A DNA stretch of 64,000 nt. It comes from Candidatus Aegiribacteria sp. MLS_C (GTDB lineage: Bacteria; Fermentibacterota; Fermentibacteria; Fermentibacterales; JCC-6). Below, piece after piece: positions 18,714 to 28,547 of the stretch. Every line of letters starts with the position of its first letter. The stretch's first letter is position 1. The notes beneath the pieces were generated by a model. That model was not told the origin of the DNA and searched no databases. It saw nothing but the letters and a program-made list of their open reading frames with translations. The position numbers and the translations under genes are program-made. Location: positions 10,780-74,779 of the forward strand of contig LQBI01000007.1 of NCBI GenBank assembly GCA_002030045.1. The letters are read 5' to 3'.

Positions 18714-19367
18714 ATGGGAACTGCAGCCAGGACAGCCGGTGCCATCATCCTGCTTGCGACGGTCTCCTCCGCGGCATACGCCGATTCCCCCCTGACGTCC
18801 ACTCCCTTCCACGAGGCTTACATGGACCTGCCGGTGATCAACAGGCACGTCGGGAGCGTCATGAACAGGGACATATACGGTATCCTCCGTTCCGAAGAGT
18901 ACCCGATTCATGTGAAGGCGGCGCTTATCAACGCCATGGGGTGGGACTTCGGGGGGCAGAGCAACGCGGCGCTGTTCATGTTCTACTTCATGGAGGACAC
19001 GGGTCTGGATGCCGTCGTGCCGGAGGACATGACCGGTGAGGAGCTTCTGCTTCTGGCCTACATGGTGAGCATGGACGACTACTTCACCATGAGCCCCATA
19101 GAGACCGATGGGGAGGGGGTACTGGGAATGTCCGGCGCGGACCTGGCCAGGCTTGCGGCCGAGAGGGTGCCCGAGGACTTCACCGTGCGGTTGATCAGCG
19201 CCCTGATACTGTCGCAGGAGGCCATGGGCCACGACTGGGGAAAGGTCTTCGAGCTTTGCGATTCAGTCATGAGGGAGGACCTGGACCGGAACATGCGCGG
19301 CGACGCCATCGGTATCATAATGGACTACATAAGCCTCTACTACGACTATTCCAGGGGGATCCAATGA
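18714..19367 (+). CDS. Secreted hypothetical protein
   Basis: GAGGTGG RBS, signal peptide, then DSPLTSTPFHEAY. Confidence 0.7.
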   Translation: MGTAARTAGAIILLATVSSAAYADSPLTSTPFHEAYMDLPVINRHVGSVMNRDIYGILRSEEYPIHVKAALINAMGWDFGGQSNAALFMFYFMEDTGLDAVVPEDMTGEELLLLAYMVSMDDYFTMSPIETDGEGVLGMSGADLARLAAERVPEDFTVRLISALILSQEAMGHDWGKVFELCDSVMREDLDRNMRGDAIGIIMDYISLYYDYSRGIQ

Positions 19368-19431
19368 CGCTGCCTCCGGTAGCAGGCTCATCATGTTCCG
19401 GGAGGTGTTTTTTCCCGGCGTGGAGGATGAC

Positions 19432-20037
19432 ATGATCCAGGTCCTGTGCATCGCGATGGTGCTGACGGTTCCCCACGACGATTTCCTCGACGAGCTTGAC
19501 GAGCAGTACCGGAGCATGGTCATGGAGATCATTCCGAGCGACTACGGTTCCGTCGGAACGGGGACCCTGATGGAGGAAGCGGCGGTGATCGCGGGCAGCG
19601 TCTATTCCACGGGAGCCGGGGCGATCCACGACCTTGCCGTCGAACTCACGGCTATGCTCCCGGCGGTGGACCAGGGAATACTGGACGGCATGGTCCAGAG
19701 GGATGGGGTGGACATCCAGGCCCTGGGGCTGATGCGCCTGCTGGCCGAGCAGGGTACCGGCGATCTCGACGGATACCTCTATCTGCTCCGTTTCTGGGAC
19801 CCGGCCATCGCCGCAGGCTATACCAAATCCATCATGCTGGCCAGGTCCCTGCCACCCGGGGAGTACGGCGGAAGGACCATCGCGGAGAGGCTGGTGCCGG
19901 ACCGCTACTACTATCTCGACGGTGACTACGCGTCACCTGTGATAGCCATCGTGTCTCTCCGGGACCTCTTCACCGTCAAGCTCGTACTGCAGGAGTCCGG
20001 ATGCTTCCTCCCGGTCCGTTTCATCTGGTACGAGTGA
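19432..20037 (+). CDS. Hypothetical exported protein
   Basis: GGAGG RBS, hydrophobic N-terminus, genome-like codon usage. Confidence 0.6.
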   Translation: MIQVLCIAMVLTVPHDDFLDELDEQYRSMVMEIIPSDYGSVGTGTLMEEAAVIAGSVYSTGAGAIHDLAVELTAMLPAVDQGILDGMVQRDGVDIQALGLMRLLAEQGTGDLDGYLYLLRFWDPAIAAGYTKSIMLARSLPPGEYGGRTIAERLVPDRYYYLDGDYASPVIAIVSLRDLFTVKLVLQESGCFLPVRFIWYE

Positions 20038-20257
20038 TGCGGGCCGGTGCCGTGAACCGCGCGGGGAGGACCGATCTAGCCGTCGTATTCCATTGCCGCC
20101 GGAATTCCTGAGCCTTCCGGTATACCATTGCCGCGGGTGCATCAATTTTGCATCTTGTGTCTGCCCGCAGAGTCTCGAGAACTTTTTCACCGGTCTTCGT
20201 GTTGTGTTATAAGTATGCAATTCATTCGGAACCCAATTACAGACCCTGGAGGTCGAA

Positions 20258-22456
20258 ATGCTCAGAGTGATGATTACCTGTTCGCTCCTTGCGTCTTTCG
20301 CATTCGCGGAAGTACTCTATCGATCCGGGGAGCAGGTGGAACCGGCCCTGTACCTGGGCACTGACGGCGAGGGCATTCTCGTCGAGTTCAACTTGCCCGC
20401 GCTGACCGCGGAGGAGCTGGTCGTGGGTGAATACGGTCCGGGCACCGTGATGAGGATCCCCGGAGAGGGAGTAGGAATGCCCGTAGGCGCTCCGGACCTC
20501 CCGGTGATCCGGCGGATGGTCCTGTTGCCCAATACAGGCGACGTCTCGATCGAGATCGTGTCCTCCGAATGCACCTCTCTCGGTATCTACGACATTCCTC
20601 CGTTCCAGGAGTTCCCCATCAGGAGCGGCGGAGCCGCCCCCTACAGGATAGACGACGGCATATACTCGAGTTCGGATCTGTATCCATACCAGCCGGTGGT
20701 CCTGGACAGGATAAGCATCCTCAGGGACATCAGGGTGGCCTGGGTTTACTTCTCACCGGTGCAGTACGATCCCGTGACCGGCCAGACTTTGCTCAACACA
20801 TCGGTCACCGCCAGGCTCGTGGTCTCCGGCAGCGGCGAGAACGAGATATACAGGCCCTTCAGGGGCTACACCAGGAGCTTCATGCCCCTGTACGAGCAGG
20901 TGCTGGGCTTCCAGGGCGGAGGCACCGACGTCATCGACGGCTCCTACCTGGTCATCGGGCCCCAGGAGGGGATCGACCTGGTCTCCGGCCTTGTGGAATG
21001 GAAGAGGCAGAAGGGCCTGGAGGTCTTCATAGGCACCGTCCCAGAGATAGGCGGGACGGCCGCCGAGATAGACGACTACATAGAGGACGCCTACAACACA
21101 TGGCCGAACCCTCCCGAATGGGTGCTGCTGGTGGGCGACGAGTACAACGTGCCGGTCTACTACTCCAGCGGCACCGCGGCCGACAACCAGTACGGGGTCA
21201 TCGGCACCGGATACGACCCCAGCGTCCACATCGGAAGGCTCTGCTCAGACACCGGCGACCTCCCCTACGTGGGCTGGAAGATAGAGGCCTACGAGAACGA
21301 TCCCTTCGAGCCGGATCCCAGCTGGTTCCAGTACGCCATAAGCATCGGCTCGACTGATTTCCAGGATCCCTGGATGTCCTGGAGGTACGAACAGATATTC
21401 GAGGCTCACGGCATGCCCACCACGCTCTACTGCAACAACACCTCCTACGGCGGCATACCGCCTACCATAGCCCTGATATCCGCCGACGTGAACAGCGGTA
21501 TCTCCCTGCTCAGCTACATCGGCCACGGAAGCACCCAGTCCTGGGGCACAACCGGCTTCAGCAACAGCGATGTTGCCGCGCTTTCCAACGACCGCAGGCT
21601 GCCGTGGATAAGCTCCATAGCCTGCTACAACTCAGAGTTCCAGGGAGGCACGACCTGTTTCGGCGAGGCCTGGATGAACGAGGGGGACGTAAACGACCCG
21701 AAGGGAGCCATAGGCTTCATGGGTGCCACCACCGGCAGCCCGGTGGGTCCCACCGACTCCCTGGCCCTCTACCAGTTCCGCGGGTACTTCGAAGAGGAAA
21801 TGTACCACATGGGCGCCGCCTTCGACTACGGCAAGATCATGGCCTACTACATCTTCGGCTGCCCGGAGATGGACATCTTCTGCACTACCGGACCGCTGGT
21901 GCATCTCGCCGTCGACCACCCCGACTGCATCGAACCCGGTCCCTGGACGGTGACCGTGACCGCCGACGGCGTTCCCGTGGAAGGCGCCCTGGTTGGAATA
22001 GTCCAGGACACCACCTTCCTCGAGAGCGGCTACACGGACGCTTCAGGTGCGGCAGCCCTGGATATCCCCGCCATTCCCGGCACCGACTGGGTGACGGTCA
22101 CGGCCACGGCCCACAACCTCTACCCGTGGGTCGGTTCCGTTCCGGTATCCGGCCTGGGTGTCGAGGAGGGAACGAACCCCGGCGTGTTCAGTCTGTCCGT
22201 GGGACCCAACCCGTTCTCCTCGGCGGCCACATTCAGCTACACCCTGCCGGTGTCAGGCCGAATGTCGCTGGACGTCTACGACCTCACCGGCAGGCTGGTG
22301 ACAAGCGTGGTCTCCGGAGAGCAGCCGGCTGGATCCCATTCCGTACAGTGGCAGGGAACCGGTGACGGCGGAAGTCCTGTACCGGGAGGAATGTACCTTG
22401 TGAGGCTCACGGCAGGCGGCGAGGCGCTTAACAGGTCCTGCGTCCTGATCCGCTGA
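20258..22456 (+). CDS. C25 (gingipain-like) cysteine peptidase with propeptide, Ig-like domain and FlgD-Ig/T9SS-like C-terminal domain
   Basis: Signal peptide; YIGHGS and SIACYNS His/Cys dyad; PNPF...YDLTGRLV...GMYLVRL tail. Confidence 0.88.
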   Translation: MLRVMITCSLLASFAFAEVLYRSGEQVEPALYLGTDGEGILVEFNLPALTAEELVVGEYGPGTVMRIPGEGVGMPVGAPDLPVIRRMVLLPNTGDVSIEIVSSECTSLGIYDIPPFQEFPIRSGGAAPYRIDDGIYSSSDLYPYQPVVLDRISILRDIRVAWVYFSPVQYDPVTGQTLLNTSVTARLVVSGSGENEIYRPFRGYTRSFMPLYEQVLGFQGGGTDVIDGSYLVIGPQEGIDLVSGLVEWKRQKGLEVFIGTVPEIGGTAAEIDDYIEDAYNTWPNPPEWVLLVGDEYNVPVYYSSGTAADNQYGVIGTGYDPSVHIGRLCSDTGDLPYVGWKIEAYENDPFEPDPSWFQYAISIGSTDFQDPWMSWRYEQIFEAHGMPTTLYCNNTSYGGIPPTIALISADVNSGISLLSYIGHGSTQSWGTTGFSNSDVAALSNDRRLPWISSIACYNSEFQGGTTCFGEAWMNEGDVNDPKGAIGFMGATTGSPVGPTDSLALYQFRGYFEEEMYHMGAAFDYGKIMAYYIFGCPEMDIFCTTGPLVHLAVDHPDCIEPGPWTVTVTADGVPVEGALVGIVQDTTFLESGYTDASGAAALDIPAIPGTDWVTVTATAHNLYPWVGSVPVSGLGVEEGTNPGVFSLSVGPNPFSSAATFSYTLPVSGRMSLDVYDLTGRLVTSVVSGEQPAGSHSVQWQGTGDGGSPVPGGMYLVRLTAGGEALNRSCVLIR

Positions 22457-22473
22457 CAGTATTCCTGGACCAC

Positions 22474-22500
22474 AGGGGCGCATACCGCTGCGCCCCTTTT
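22474..22500 (+). terminator. Intrinsic terminator
   Basis: AGGGGCGCA-taccgc-TGCGCCCCT followed by TTT. Confidence 0.75.
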
Positions 22501-22515
22501 CCGTTGGGGGACATT

Positions 22516-23319
22516 ATGCTCTTGCCCGCGATCGGTATCATAGGCTGCATGGGTGGCTTCATGGAATACGCAGGAAGCCTTCTGGAGACGCCACCCGGCA
22601 CCATCCTCCGCAGCGACTCGGCAGTGACCCCCGAGGAGATGCTGTCCGCTCTCTCAGAAGCGGACGTGGTCTTCCTGGGGGAGAAGCACGACGACCCGCT
22701 GGCCCACAGGTGGGAACTCTTCATCTGGACGCGCCTGGCCGGGTCCGACAGGGCACTGGCGCTGGAGATGTTCGAGACCGACGTGCAGGAGCTGCTTGAC
22801 GGCTACCTTTCCGGCGGAGTCACACGGGAGGAGTTCCTGGAGGGGAGCAGGCCCTGGAGCAACTACGCAACGGATTACTCGCTGATGGTGGAGTACGCCA
22901 GGCTCAAGGGGTACAGGGTCATAGCCGCCAACGTGCCCAGGCGATTCGCCTCGGACGTGGCCAGGGATGGGTGGGACGCTCTGTCCGATGAGGAATGGTT
23001 CAGGGAGGTTACGGTGGATTCCTCCGACTCCGGCTACAGGGAGCGTTTCCTGGAAACCATGGGTATCGTCGGGGGGCAGATGCACGAGATGCCCATGGAC
23101 CCCATGAACATGTACAGGGCGCAGAGCCTCAAGGACGCGGTAATGGCCCGATCAGTCGATGGCGAGAGGTGCGTCTTCGTCTGCGGGAGCTTCCACAGCG
23201 ACTACAGGTCCGGCATTCCCGACCAGCTGGCCGGAGGTACCACCTTTCTGACCGTCAGGATGCTTACGGATGGGGAGGAGTACTCACCGGAGCTGGCGGA
23301 CTTCGTGATAGTGCCGTGA
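22516..23319 (+). CDS. ChaN/PhuW family lipoprotein
   Basis: VVFLGEKHDD, LALEMF, AANVPR and CGSFH; possible lipobox IIGC; start uncertain. Confidence 0.8.
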   Translation: MLLPAIGIIGCMGGFMEYAGSLLETPPGTILRSDSAVTPEEMLSALSEADVVFLGEKHDDPLAHRWELFIWTRLAGSDRALALEMFETDVQELLDGYLSGGVTREEFLEGSRPWSNYATDYSLMVEYARLKGYRVIAANVPRRFASDVARDGWDALSDEEWFREVTVDSSDSGYRERFLETMGIVGGQMHEMPMDPMNMYRAQSLKDAVMARSVDGERCVFVCGSFHSDYRSGIPDQLAGGTTFLTVRMLTDGEEYSPELADFVIVP

Positions 23320-23780
23320 CTCGCGTAAAAGACGGCAGGGTGGCACCTGCAGCGGTACTCCTGCTCCTTTTCGCAGCGGCTGCTCCGGCCGACCTCTTCG
23401 TCTGGACACCGGCCGGGGTCGATACCCTCATTCCGCTTGGCGGAGAATTCCCCGTACTCTATGTACTGAGCCAGTCCATGGGCTACGGGTATTCCGTCCA
23501 CCTTGCGCTGGTGGACCATATGGGCACCGGTCTGCCTGACTCCTTCTGCGTATTCGGTGAGGTGCTGGTGGAACCGGACGACTACCTCGACACCCTTGAA
23601 GCATGCGGCCTGCAGCCTCTGCTCGAGGGCCCCTTGCCTGTCCTGGACATGGAACGTTCCGGGCTGCCCGACACTCTTGAGCTGCTGCTGGTGGACTTCC
23701 CGTTCCGGGCGGAACCGGATACGGCCATCGGCCTCTGGATACTGACCGATGGCCGGTATATCCGTATGGAGGGACCCTGA
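23316..23780 (+). CDS. Hypothetical exported protein
   Basis: GTGA overlap with the upstream stop; signal-like AAVLLLLFAAAAPA. Confidence 0.55.
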   Translation: MTRVKDGRVAPAAVLLLLFAAAAPADLFVWTPAGVDTLIPLGGEFPVLYVLSQSMGYGYSVHLALVDHMGTGLPDSFCVFGEVLVEPDDYLDTLEACGLQPLLEGPLPVLDMERSGLPDTLELLLVDFPFRAEPDTAIGLWILTDGRYIRMEGP

Positions 23781-24029
23781 GACACGGTAGATTACCGCCA
23801 GGCGATGCCGTACTTTTGCTCAGTTGAGTTTATCCTGCGGAAGCAGGCCTGTTCCGAGGGACTCCTGCCGTCGTATGGGGAACCTGTTCGTGACGCGTTC
23901 CAGGCGGCGGACACGGACCGTGCGAGCATGCATCATGATTGACCGCTGTGTCCTTTTCCGGGTATCTTTCCAGTGTAAATGCGCCTTCACGGCCGACGGG
24001 TTTCCTATGGCCCCAAATCCATTGGAGGT

Positions 24030-24698
24030 ATGAGGACAGTGTTTCTTCTGCTGGCCGCTCTGGCCGTTCCCGGTGTTCAGACGGAGGGAACAGCCTCGTC
24101 GGAGGAATGGTTCCCGATGACCTTCGAGGAGTCTCTGGAAGGGGTCAGCGAGGACTGCCCCGGGTGGATAACGGACAACCAGGTACTTATGGACGTGGCA
24201 TTCGTGGGATTCGACGGGGAAGTGCACTTCGGACAGCTTGTCGTGGATGCCCGGGTCGTGGTCGATCTGCAGCTGGTGTTCACTCAGATGCTGCTTACTG
24301 GATTCCCCCTTGAGTCGGTGGTCCCGATATGCGAGTACGGCTGGGACGACGGTCTATCCATGGCAGACAACAACACATCGGGCTTCAACTACAGGACCGT
24401 GGCCGGCACCGACAGACTTTCCCGCCACGCCTACGGCCTGGCCATAGACATAAACCCGGTACAGAACCCGTACTGCACCGGCGACAGGATATCTCCGGCC
24501 GGGGCGGTCCACGATCCTTCCGTTTCCGGTACGCTCTATGCCGGGCATCCCGTGGTGCTGCTCTTCAAGGAGCTGGGATGGAGATGGGGAGGGGACTGGA
24601 CCGAGAAGGACTACCAGCATTTCGACCTGCAGATCAAGCCGATGGCTCTGGAAGGCGTTGAACACCGCCGTTGCTGGCCTCCATGGAGGGTATTATGA
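24030..24698 (+). CDS. M15 family metallopeptidase (cell-wall carboxypeptidase-like)
   Basis: FNYR, SRHAYGLAIDINP, WGGDW and DYQHF; signal peptide. Confidence 0.87.
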   Translation: MRTVFLLLAALAVPGVQTEGTASSEEWFPMTFEESLEGVSEDCPGWITDNQVLMDVAFVGFDGEVHFGQLVVDARVVVDLQLVFTQMLLTGFPLESVVPICEYGWDDGLSMADNNTSGFNYRTVAGTDRLSRHAYGLAIDINPVQNPYCTGDRISPAGAVHDPSVSGTLYAGHPVVLLFKELGWRWGGDWTEKDYQHFDLQIKPMALEGVEHRRCWPPWRVL

Positions 24699-26110
24699 AG
24701 ATCATCGCAGCTTTGCCCTTTTTTCTCCTTGTATATTCCGCACCTGCCCTTGCAGTGAACGGTGACGGTCTCGAGGCTCGAGTGGAACTCTGCTACGCTA
24801 CCTCGGTGAACATGCCGGAGACGGAGTTCGGTCCCGAGAACGTGTTCGACGGGGACACCGCCACCTGCTGGGCCACCATGCCCGGGGCAGCTCCGGACGA
24901 AGGGCTTTTCTTCTCCTTCGTCGAGCCGAAAACGATCAGCACCATAATGGTGGACCTGGTTCCGGCGGGGGACGGTTACGAGGGGATAGAGACATACCAG
25001 ATCTACGTCAACGGCCTGGAGGGCGGAACCTACTCGGGAAGCGACGCTCCCGTCTGGATCAGTACTCGTGTGAAATCGTTGTTCATCAGGATAAACACGA
25101 CGGATTCCATGCAATTGGACGTCGATGGGATCCGGTATACCGGGGACCTGCCTGTGGGCATAAGGGAGGTCACAATGACGGTGGAGGTATCAGAAGCGGG
25201 AGATCTCGCCCCTTTGAGGATCGTCCCCATCGGCAGAGCGGCGGGAAGCGTAAGGGCCAGTTCGAGCCTCGAGCCCGAGGAGGCCTACTCGCCGGATTTC
25301 CTTTTCGATTCACGTCCGGCCTTCGGCTGGGCCGACGGCAATGAAGAGGATACCGGGGAGGGGGAGAACCTGGTCTTCACACTGGACGAGCCCGTGAGAA
25401 TAGAGCAGCTGAGGATATGGAACGGCTACCAGAGGTCCGAGACGCATTTCCTGCACAACGAGAGGGCCTCCCGTATCTCCTTCGGGACCTGCCTGGAGAA
25501 TCCCGGAGTGTACCGGCTGGAGGATTCGATGGAGCCCCAGGTGGTGACCCTTGACCATCCTCTCGAGGGCGACTGCTTCGAGCTGGACTTTCTGGATGTC
25601 TATTCAGGCGAAGTCTACCGGGACCTGGTCATCAGCGAGTTCCGTTTCTTCGACGGCGAGAACTGGTTCATACTCGATACCGGGACCAGCGAGGAGCGCA
25701 AGTTCGCCATACTGGAATGGGCCGAAGGCGCCGAGTTCGGGAGGATTCTGGACCGGCAGCTCTACCTCGGCGCCATGGAGAACGGCGACAGCTGGGAACC
25801 CCATGCACAGACACTGGTGCTGCGTTCCAACGGGAGTTTCATAGTCTGGATGGAGGACTACTGGGTCGACGGCGAGGAACACATGTACGCCGACGGCAAC
25901 TGGCAGGTCATCGACGGCAGCACGGTCCGCATCTTCGGCCGTCTGCAGAGGGTATCCAGGACCGGTATGGAACCCTACGACCCCTACGCCGGTTCCTGGC
26001 CCGACCAGGGACAGGATACGCAGCGTCTCACCGTCTTCAGCGACACGCTCCGCATGAGCGGGAACACGGTCTCCAGCGACAGGGGCCTCTTCCAGGACTT
26101 CAGTTTCTAG
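24695..26110 (+). CDS. Secreted protein with two discoidin-like glycan-binding domains
   Basis: Repeated motif: PENVFDGDTATCWA and PDFLFDSRPAFGWA; also IWNGYQRS and ISEFRF. Confidence 0.65.
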   Translation: MKIIAALPFFLLVYSAPALAVNGDGLEARVELCYATSVNMPETEFGPENVFDGDTATCWATMPGAAPDEGLFFSFVEPKTISTIMVDLVPAGDGYEGIETYQIYVNGLEGGTYSGSDAPVWISTRVKSLFIRINTTDSMQLDVDGIRYTGDLPVGIREVTMTVEVSEAGDLAPLRIVPIGRAAGSVRASSSLEPEEAYSPDFLFDSRPAFGWADGNEEDTGEGENLVFTLDEPVRIEQLRIWNGYQRSETHFLHNERASRISFGTCLENPGVYRLEDSMEPQVVTLDHPLEGDCFELDFLDVYSGEVYRDLVISEFRFFDGENWFILDTGTSEERKFAILEWAEGAEFGRILDRQLYLGAMENGDSWEPHAQTLVLRSNGSFIVWMEDYWVDGEEHMYADGNWQVIDGSTVRIFGRLQRVSRTGMEPYDPYAGSWPDQGQDTQRLTVFSDTLRMSGNTVSSDRGLFQDFSF

Positions 26111-26122
26111 GGGAGACAGTCA

Positions 26123-27715
26123 TTGTCCCGCGAACCGCTCGGGCCGCGGTACCTCCCGGTGCTGCTCCTGCTCCTCGCCGTTTCCGCCGGGTCCGGTCTG
26201 CTTGCAGTTCTGCGGAGCGACCATCCCACCGGCTGGGACGGCTACTACTACCTGGTGCAGGTCCGGACCCTGCTCTCGGAGGGCGAAATGCACTCGCCGG
26301 AGTACTCCCCCGTCTACATACCGATGATCCTCTTCCGGCTGCTGACCGGCAGCTGCCTGTGGGCCTTCAGGCTCACGGCGGTGCTGGCGCGGGTGCTCTT
26401 CGTGCTGTCGGTCTTCGTTCTTTCACGGACCCTCGTAAGGTCGTGGGGAGGAGGGGGGGATGAACCTGCGTTAACGGCCCTGGCCGCGGCTGCGATGGCG
26501 GTCATGAGCCCTTCGCTGGATTTCTTCTCCGCACAGTTCCCCAAGAACCTGCTGGGCTTCTGTCTTCTGCTGTTCTTCGCCTCTTCGGTCATCGTCCTGT
26601 CCGGCCGGTGGCAGAGGGGGGCTTTCAGGGTTAACGCACCGGGTCTTTCGGTCTCCCTGCTCCTTTTCGCCGCCACGTTCCTGACACACCGCTTCTCCGC
26701 GGTGCTGGCAGTGGCCTTCATGCTGCTGTACCTTGTTCCCCCGGTCTTCCGTGGTTCCGAAAGACGGATTCCCGCCGTGGCGACGGCAGCAGCTGCTCTG
26801 CTCCTCGCCGTCCTGACGGTCCTCTCCGGCAGGATTCCCCTGGCACCCTCGCTGCGGGACCTGGAGAGGGTTACAGGGGACCTGTCGGCCTCACCCTCCC
26901 TGGTACCCCTGGAATTCGTGCGAAGCTTCGGCAGTTTCAGGATGTCCCTTCCCTGGCTGCTGGAGACCGGGGCAGCATCCCTGGCACCCGTGCTGTCCGC
27001 GGTACTCCTGCTGATCCCCGCGGTTCGGGACAGGGTCCGTCCGGGCGGGGGATACGCCTCGGTGCTTGTTCTGTCGATGGTGGGGCTGTTCCCATTCCTG
27101 GAGTTCTCCCTGACGGGTCTTGCGTACAGGCTCCTTTTCGCAACACTCCTGCTCTTCCCCTTGGTATGCCTTCCGTGGCTGGTCGGGACGGTGCGGTTCC
27201 TGCGCCGGAGATCAGGAGGAAGGGTCCTTCCGGCGGTGGGACTCACGGCTGTCCTGGCCGGTATGTCGTTCCTGACGGCTCCGTCGTACGACCCGGTTCT
27301 CCACGACCCGCCCTACGACCGCTACGAGGAGATCTCTGACAGGGTGGCTGAACTCCTTTCCGGCAGTGACTTCGAGCTTGTGGTCGCTCACCGTTCTCTG
27401 GCGGAGGTCATTACCTTCAGGCACGGTATCGACGCCCTGCCATGGGCCCCTGAGGAGAGGTTCACACGGGAAAGGGTATGGCGTGTCACCGCGGGGGTGA
27501 TGAGGGGGGAGTTCGCCTGGTATCTGGGGAGCGGAGCCATGGACAGTCTGTACCGGAGGCTGCCAGGGGACTACGCACTGCTGCGGGAGGACGCGTGGGA
27601 GAGCTTCCTCGAAGGGATAGCGGGCGATCCTGCCCTGCTGGAGGCGGTGGGGACCTGGAGGAATCCCATGGACGTGAGACCCGGGTACCTGGTGGGAGAC
27701 TCCTCCAGGAAATGA
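26123..27715 (+). CDS. Polytopic membrane protein (possible GT-C-like fold)
   Basis: GWDGYYY loop after TM1, more than 10 TM helices, soluble C-terminus. Confidence 0.6.
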   Translation: MSREPLGPRYLPVLLLLLAVSAGSGLLAVLRSDHPTGWDGYYYLVQVRTLLSEGEMHSPEYSPVYIPMILFRLLTGSCLWAFRLTAVLARVLFVLSVFVLSRTLVRSWGGGGDEPALTALAAAAMAVMSPSLDFFSAQFPKNLLGFCLLLFFASSVIVLSGRWQRGAFRVNAPGLSVSLLLFAATFLTHRFSAVLAVAFMLLYLVPPVFRGSERRIPAVATAAAALLLAVLTVLSGRIPLAPSLRDLERVTGDLSASPSLVPLEFVRSFGSFRMSLPWLLETGAASLAPVLSAVLLLIPAVRDRVRPGGGYASVLVLSMVGLFPFLEFSLTGLAYRLLFATLLLFPLVCLPWLVGTVRFLRRRSGGRVLPAVGLTAVLAGMSFLTAPSYDPVLHDPPYDRYEEISDRVAELLSGSDFELVVAHRSLAEVITFRHGIDALPWAPEERFTRERVWRVTAGVMRGEFAWYLGSGAMDSLYRRLPGDYALLREDAWESFLEGIAGDPALLEAVGTWRNPMDVRPGYLVGDSSRK

Positions 27716-27770
27716 CGATTCGGTGTTTCCGTGTATATTCTGGCCCTGTCGTTCGAGAGGGGTTTATGAG

Positions 27771-28547
27771 TTGATAGAGGTACGCGACCTGGTCAAGACC
27801 TTCAGGCTCACCCGCAGGCAGCGCAGGGAGGAGGGCTGGCCGAAGGACGTCCGCGAGATAAGGGCGGTCGAAGGCGTCAGCTTCACCTGCAGGCCGGGCA
27901 GGATATTCACGCTGCTGGGGCCCAACGGCGCCGGCAAGACCACCGTCCTCAGGATTATAGCCACCCTCATGGAGCCCGATTCGGGCAGCATAAGCGTCTG
28001 CGGATTCGATACCGTCGAGCAGCCGGGCAATGTCAGGGCCAGGATCGGATTCCTTACCGGCAGCACCCGTCTCTACGACCGGCTCACGGTTTCGGAACTG
28101 ATCAGGTACTACGCCGACCTCCACGGAATGGAGGCGGACCACTACAGGAAACGCAGGGACGAGCTGTTCGACATGCTGGACATGCACGAGATAGCCGGCA
28201 GGAGGATCGGAAAGCTCTCCACAGGCATGAAGCAGAAGGTCTCCATCGTCAGGACCGTGATACACGATCCAGAGGTCATGATATTCGACGAGCCCACGGT
28301 GGGCCTGGACGTGATCACCTCCCGCAGCATCATAGAACTGATCCACAGCTGCAAAGAAAGGGGAAGGACGGTCATCTTCTCCACCCACATCATGAGCGAG
28401 GTGAGCAGGCTCTCCGACGACCTGGCCATACTCCACAGGGGCAGGCTGCTCTACAACGACACGTACGAATCCTTCACCGGGGGCATGAAGACTCCGTCGG
28501 TTGAGGAGGAGTTCGTAAGGGTACTGGTCGGGGAGGTGGAGGAATAG
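27771..28547 (+). CDS. natA: ABC exporter ATP-binding subunit (NatA-like)
   Basis: GPNGAGKTT, LSTGMKQK, FDEPT and FSTH; TTG start assumed. Confidence 0.85.
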   Translation: MIEVRDLVKTFRLTRRQRREEGWPKDVREIRAVEGVSFTCRPGRIFTLLGPNGAGKTTVLRIIATLMEPDSGSISVCGFDTVEQPGNVRARIGFLTGSTRLYDRLTVSELIRYYADLHGMEADHYRKRRDELFDMLDMHEIAGRRIGKLSTGMKQKVSIVRTVIHDPEVMIFDEPTVGLDVITSRSIIELIHSCKERGRTVIFSTHIMSEVSRLSDDLAILHRGRLLYNDTYESFTGGMKTPSVEEEFVRVLVGEVEE

